Shown here piece by piece: positions 63,278-64,000 of a DNA stretch of 64,000 bases. Both the position numbers and the translations under genes were made by a program. Every line of letters begins with the position of its first letter. Positions within the stretch are counted from its first letter, which is position 1. Source of the stretch: Gammaproteobacteria bacterium (GTDB lineage Bacteria > Pseudomonadota > Gammaproteobacteria > JACKNK01); the NCBI GenBank assembly GCA_049604295.1, contig JBMYTL010000007.1:8172-72171 (forward strand), written 5' to 3'. The notes beneath the pieces were generated by a model. That model worked only from the letters and a program-made list of their open reading frames with translations. It searched no databases and had not been told where the DNA came from.

Positions 63278-63955
63278 ATGACATCCATGCGGCTATACAG
63301 CGCTCCTTCCTGCCCCTTCGCCCAACGTTCACGTCTGTTGCTGTTCGAAAAAGGGGTGGAGTACGAACAGATCGACATCGACCTGAAGACCACCCCGGCG
63401 TGGTTCCTGGAAATATCCCCGGCGGGCAAGGTGCCCTGCCTAGAACACGACGGCGAAGTCATCCTTGAATCAGCGGTGATCAATGAATACCTGGACGAGA
63501 TCTACCCGGTTCCCGGGTTTCTGCCCACGAACCCAGTGGCCCGGGCACGATGCCGGTACGCCATCGCACGCCTGGACCAGGCCCTGATTCCCGCCTTCTA
63601 TAAACTGCTGTTGGAACAGGACCCGCAGCGACGCGAGCGTCCCCGGCAGCGGCTGTACGCCGCCTTCTCGGAGTTGGCCCCCATCTGCACAGGCCCCTGG
63701 TTCATGGGTGAACAACTGACGCTGATGGACCTCGCCGTATATCCCTTCTTCGAACGGCTGGCGATGCTCGACCACTACCGGGGCATCGAGCTTCCCGCCG
63801 CCGCGCAGAAGCTTGAGGGCTGGCACCAACGCATGCTGGACCTGCCCAGTGTGCAGACGCTGTTCCGCCCCCCGGAGTTCTATATCGAGGCCTACAGCCA
63901 TTACGCGGACGGCAGCGCCGACGGCATCACCGCCCGCGAGATGCGCGAGACCTGA
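63278..63955 (+). CDS. Glutathione S-transferase family protein
   Basis: Thioredoxin-like N-domain MRLYSAPSCPFAQRSRLLL ... GKVPCLEHDGEVILESAVINEYL. Alpha-helical C-domain. Confidence 0.87.
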   Translation: MTSMRLYSAPSCPFAQRSRLLLFEKGVEYEQIDIDLKTTPAWFLEISPAGKVPCLEHDGEVILESAVINEYLDEIYPVPGFLPTNPVARARCRYAIARLDQALIPAFYKLLLEQDPQRRERPRQRLYAAFSELAPICTGPWFMGEQLTLMDLAVYPFFERLAMLDHYRGIELPAAAQKLEGWHQRMLDLPSVQTLFRPPEFYIEAYSHYADGSADGITAREMRET

Positions 63956-64000
63956 GTGGCGAGGCGCTTGCGTCAGGCGCGCGAGAGGTACTTGCCGGTT

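Noticed and set aside
63973-64000. Apparent 3' end of a minus-strand gene at the right edge (…TGKYLSRA-stop).
   Set aside because: Only about 9 codons are visible, which is too short to assign a frame or family with any confidence.

Overview
High-GC (by eye above 60%) core chromosomal region of a Gram-negative, almost certainly gammaproteobacterial, genome. The gene order is the one known from Pseudomonas and Xanthomonas-type genomes, and an Ectothiorhodospiraceae/Chromatiales-like origin is only a guess. Most of the window is housekeeping.

Gene content, left to right:
- murA (partial), then an ABC-2 exporter pair.
- mlaBCDEF on the minus strand, then yrbG.
- kdsD-kdsC-lptC-lptA-lptB-rpoN-hpf-ptsN-hprK-rapZ-EIIA(Man)-ptsH-ptsI.
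- A lipid/isoprenoid block: two extra MlaC-family genes flanking vacJ/mlaA, dxs, an HpnN-like RND transporter, and a eukaryote-type squalene synthase.
- yjgA, a C-N hydrolase, a small secreted orphan, yhdP, rng, maf, rlmH, rsfS.
- A TPR-GT9 fusion, nadD, proA, holA, lptE, leuS.
- A LapG-like BTLCP protease with a membrane PAS/HD-GYP sensor.
- An AEC transporter, an H+-pyrophosphatase and dsbC.
- A 686-bp structured spacer, then aceE-aceF-lpd (E3 carries its own lipoyl domain), an alpha/beta hydrolase and lipA.
- A LysR/tautomerase pair, a PMT/TMTC-like TPR membrane protein and a GST.

I found no rRNA, intact tRNA, CRISPR array, transposase or integrase.

Most interesting observations:
1. The HD-GYP domain next to the BTLCP protease has lost most canonical metal ligands. 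This suggests a LapD/LapG-like c-di-GMP receptor/protease pair built on a different domain.
2. The sqs-hpnN / dxs / MlaC-like-vacJ-MlaC-like cluster could be a complete inner-to-outer-membrane route for squalene-derived lipids.
3. Long palindromic elements punctuate the pdh operon, together with a spacer-plus-lipoyl-domain duplication.
4. A PdhR-type operator and an orphan intrinsic terminator lie in the long aceE upstream region, which may encode an sRNA or attenuator.
5. Several intergenic tandem repeats.

All family assignments were made by eye from motifs. No database search was run.
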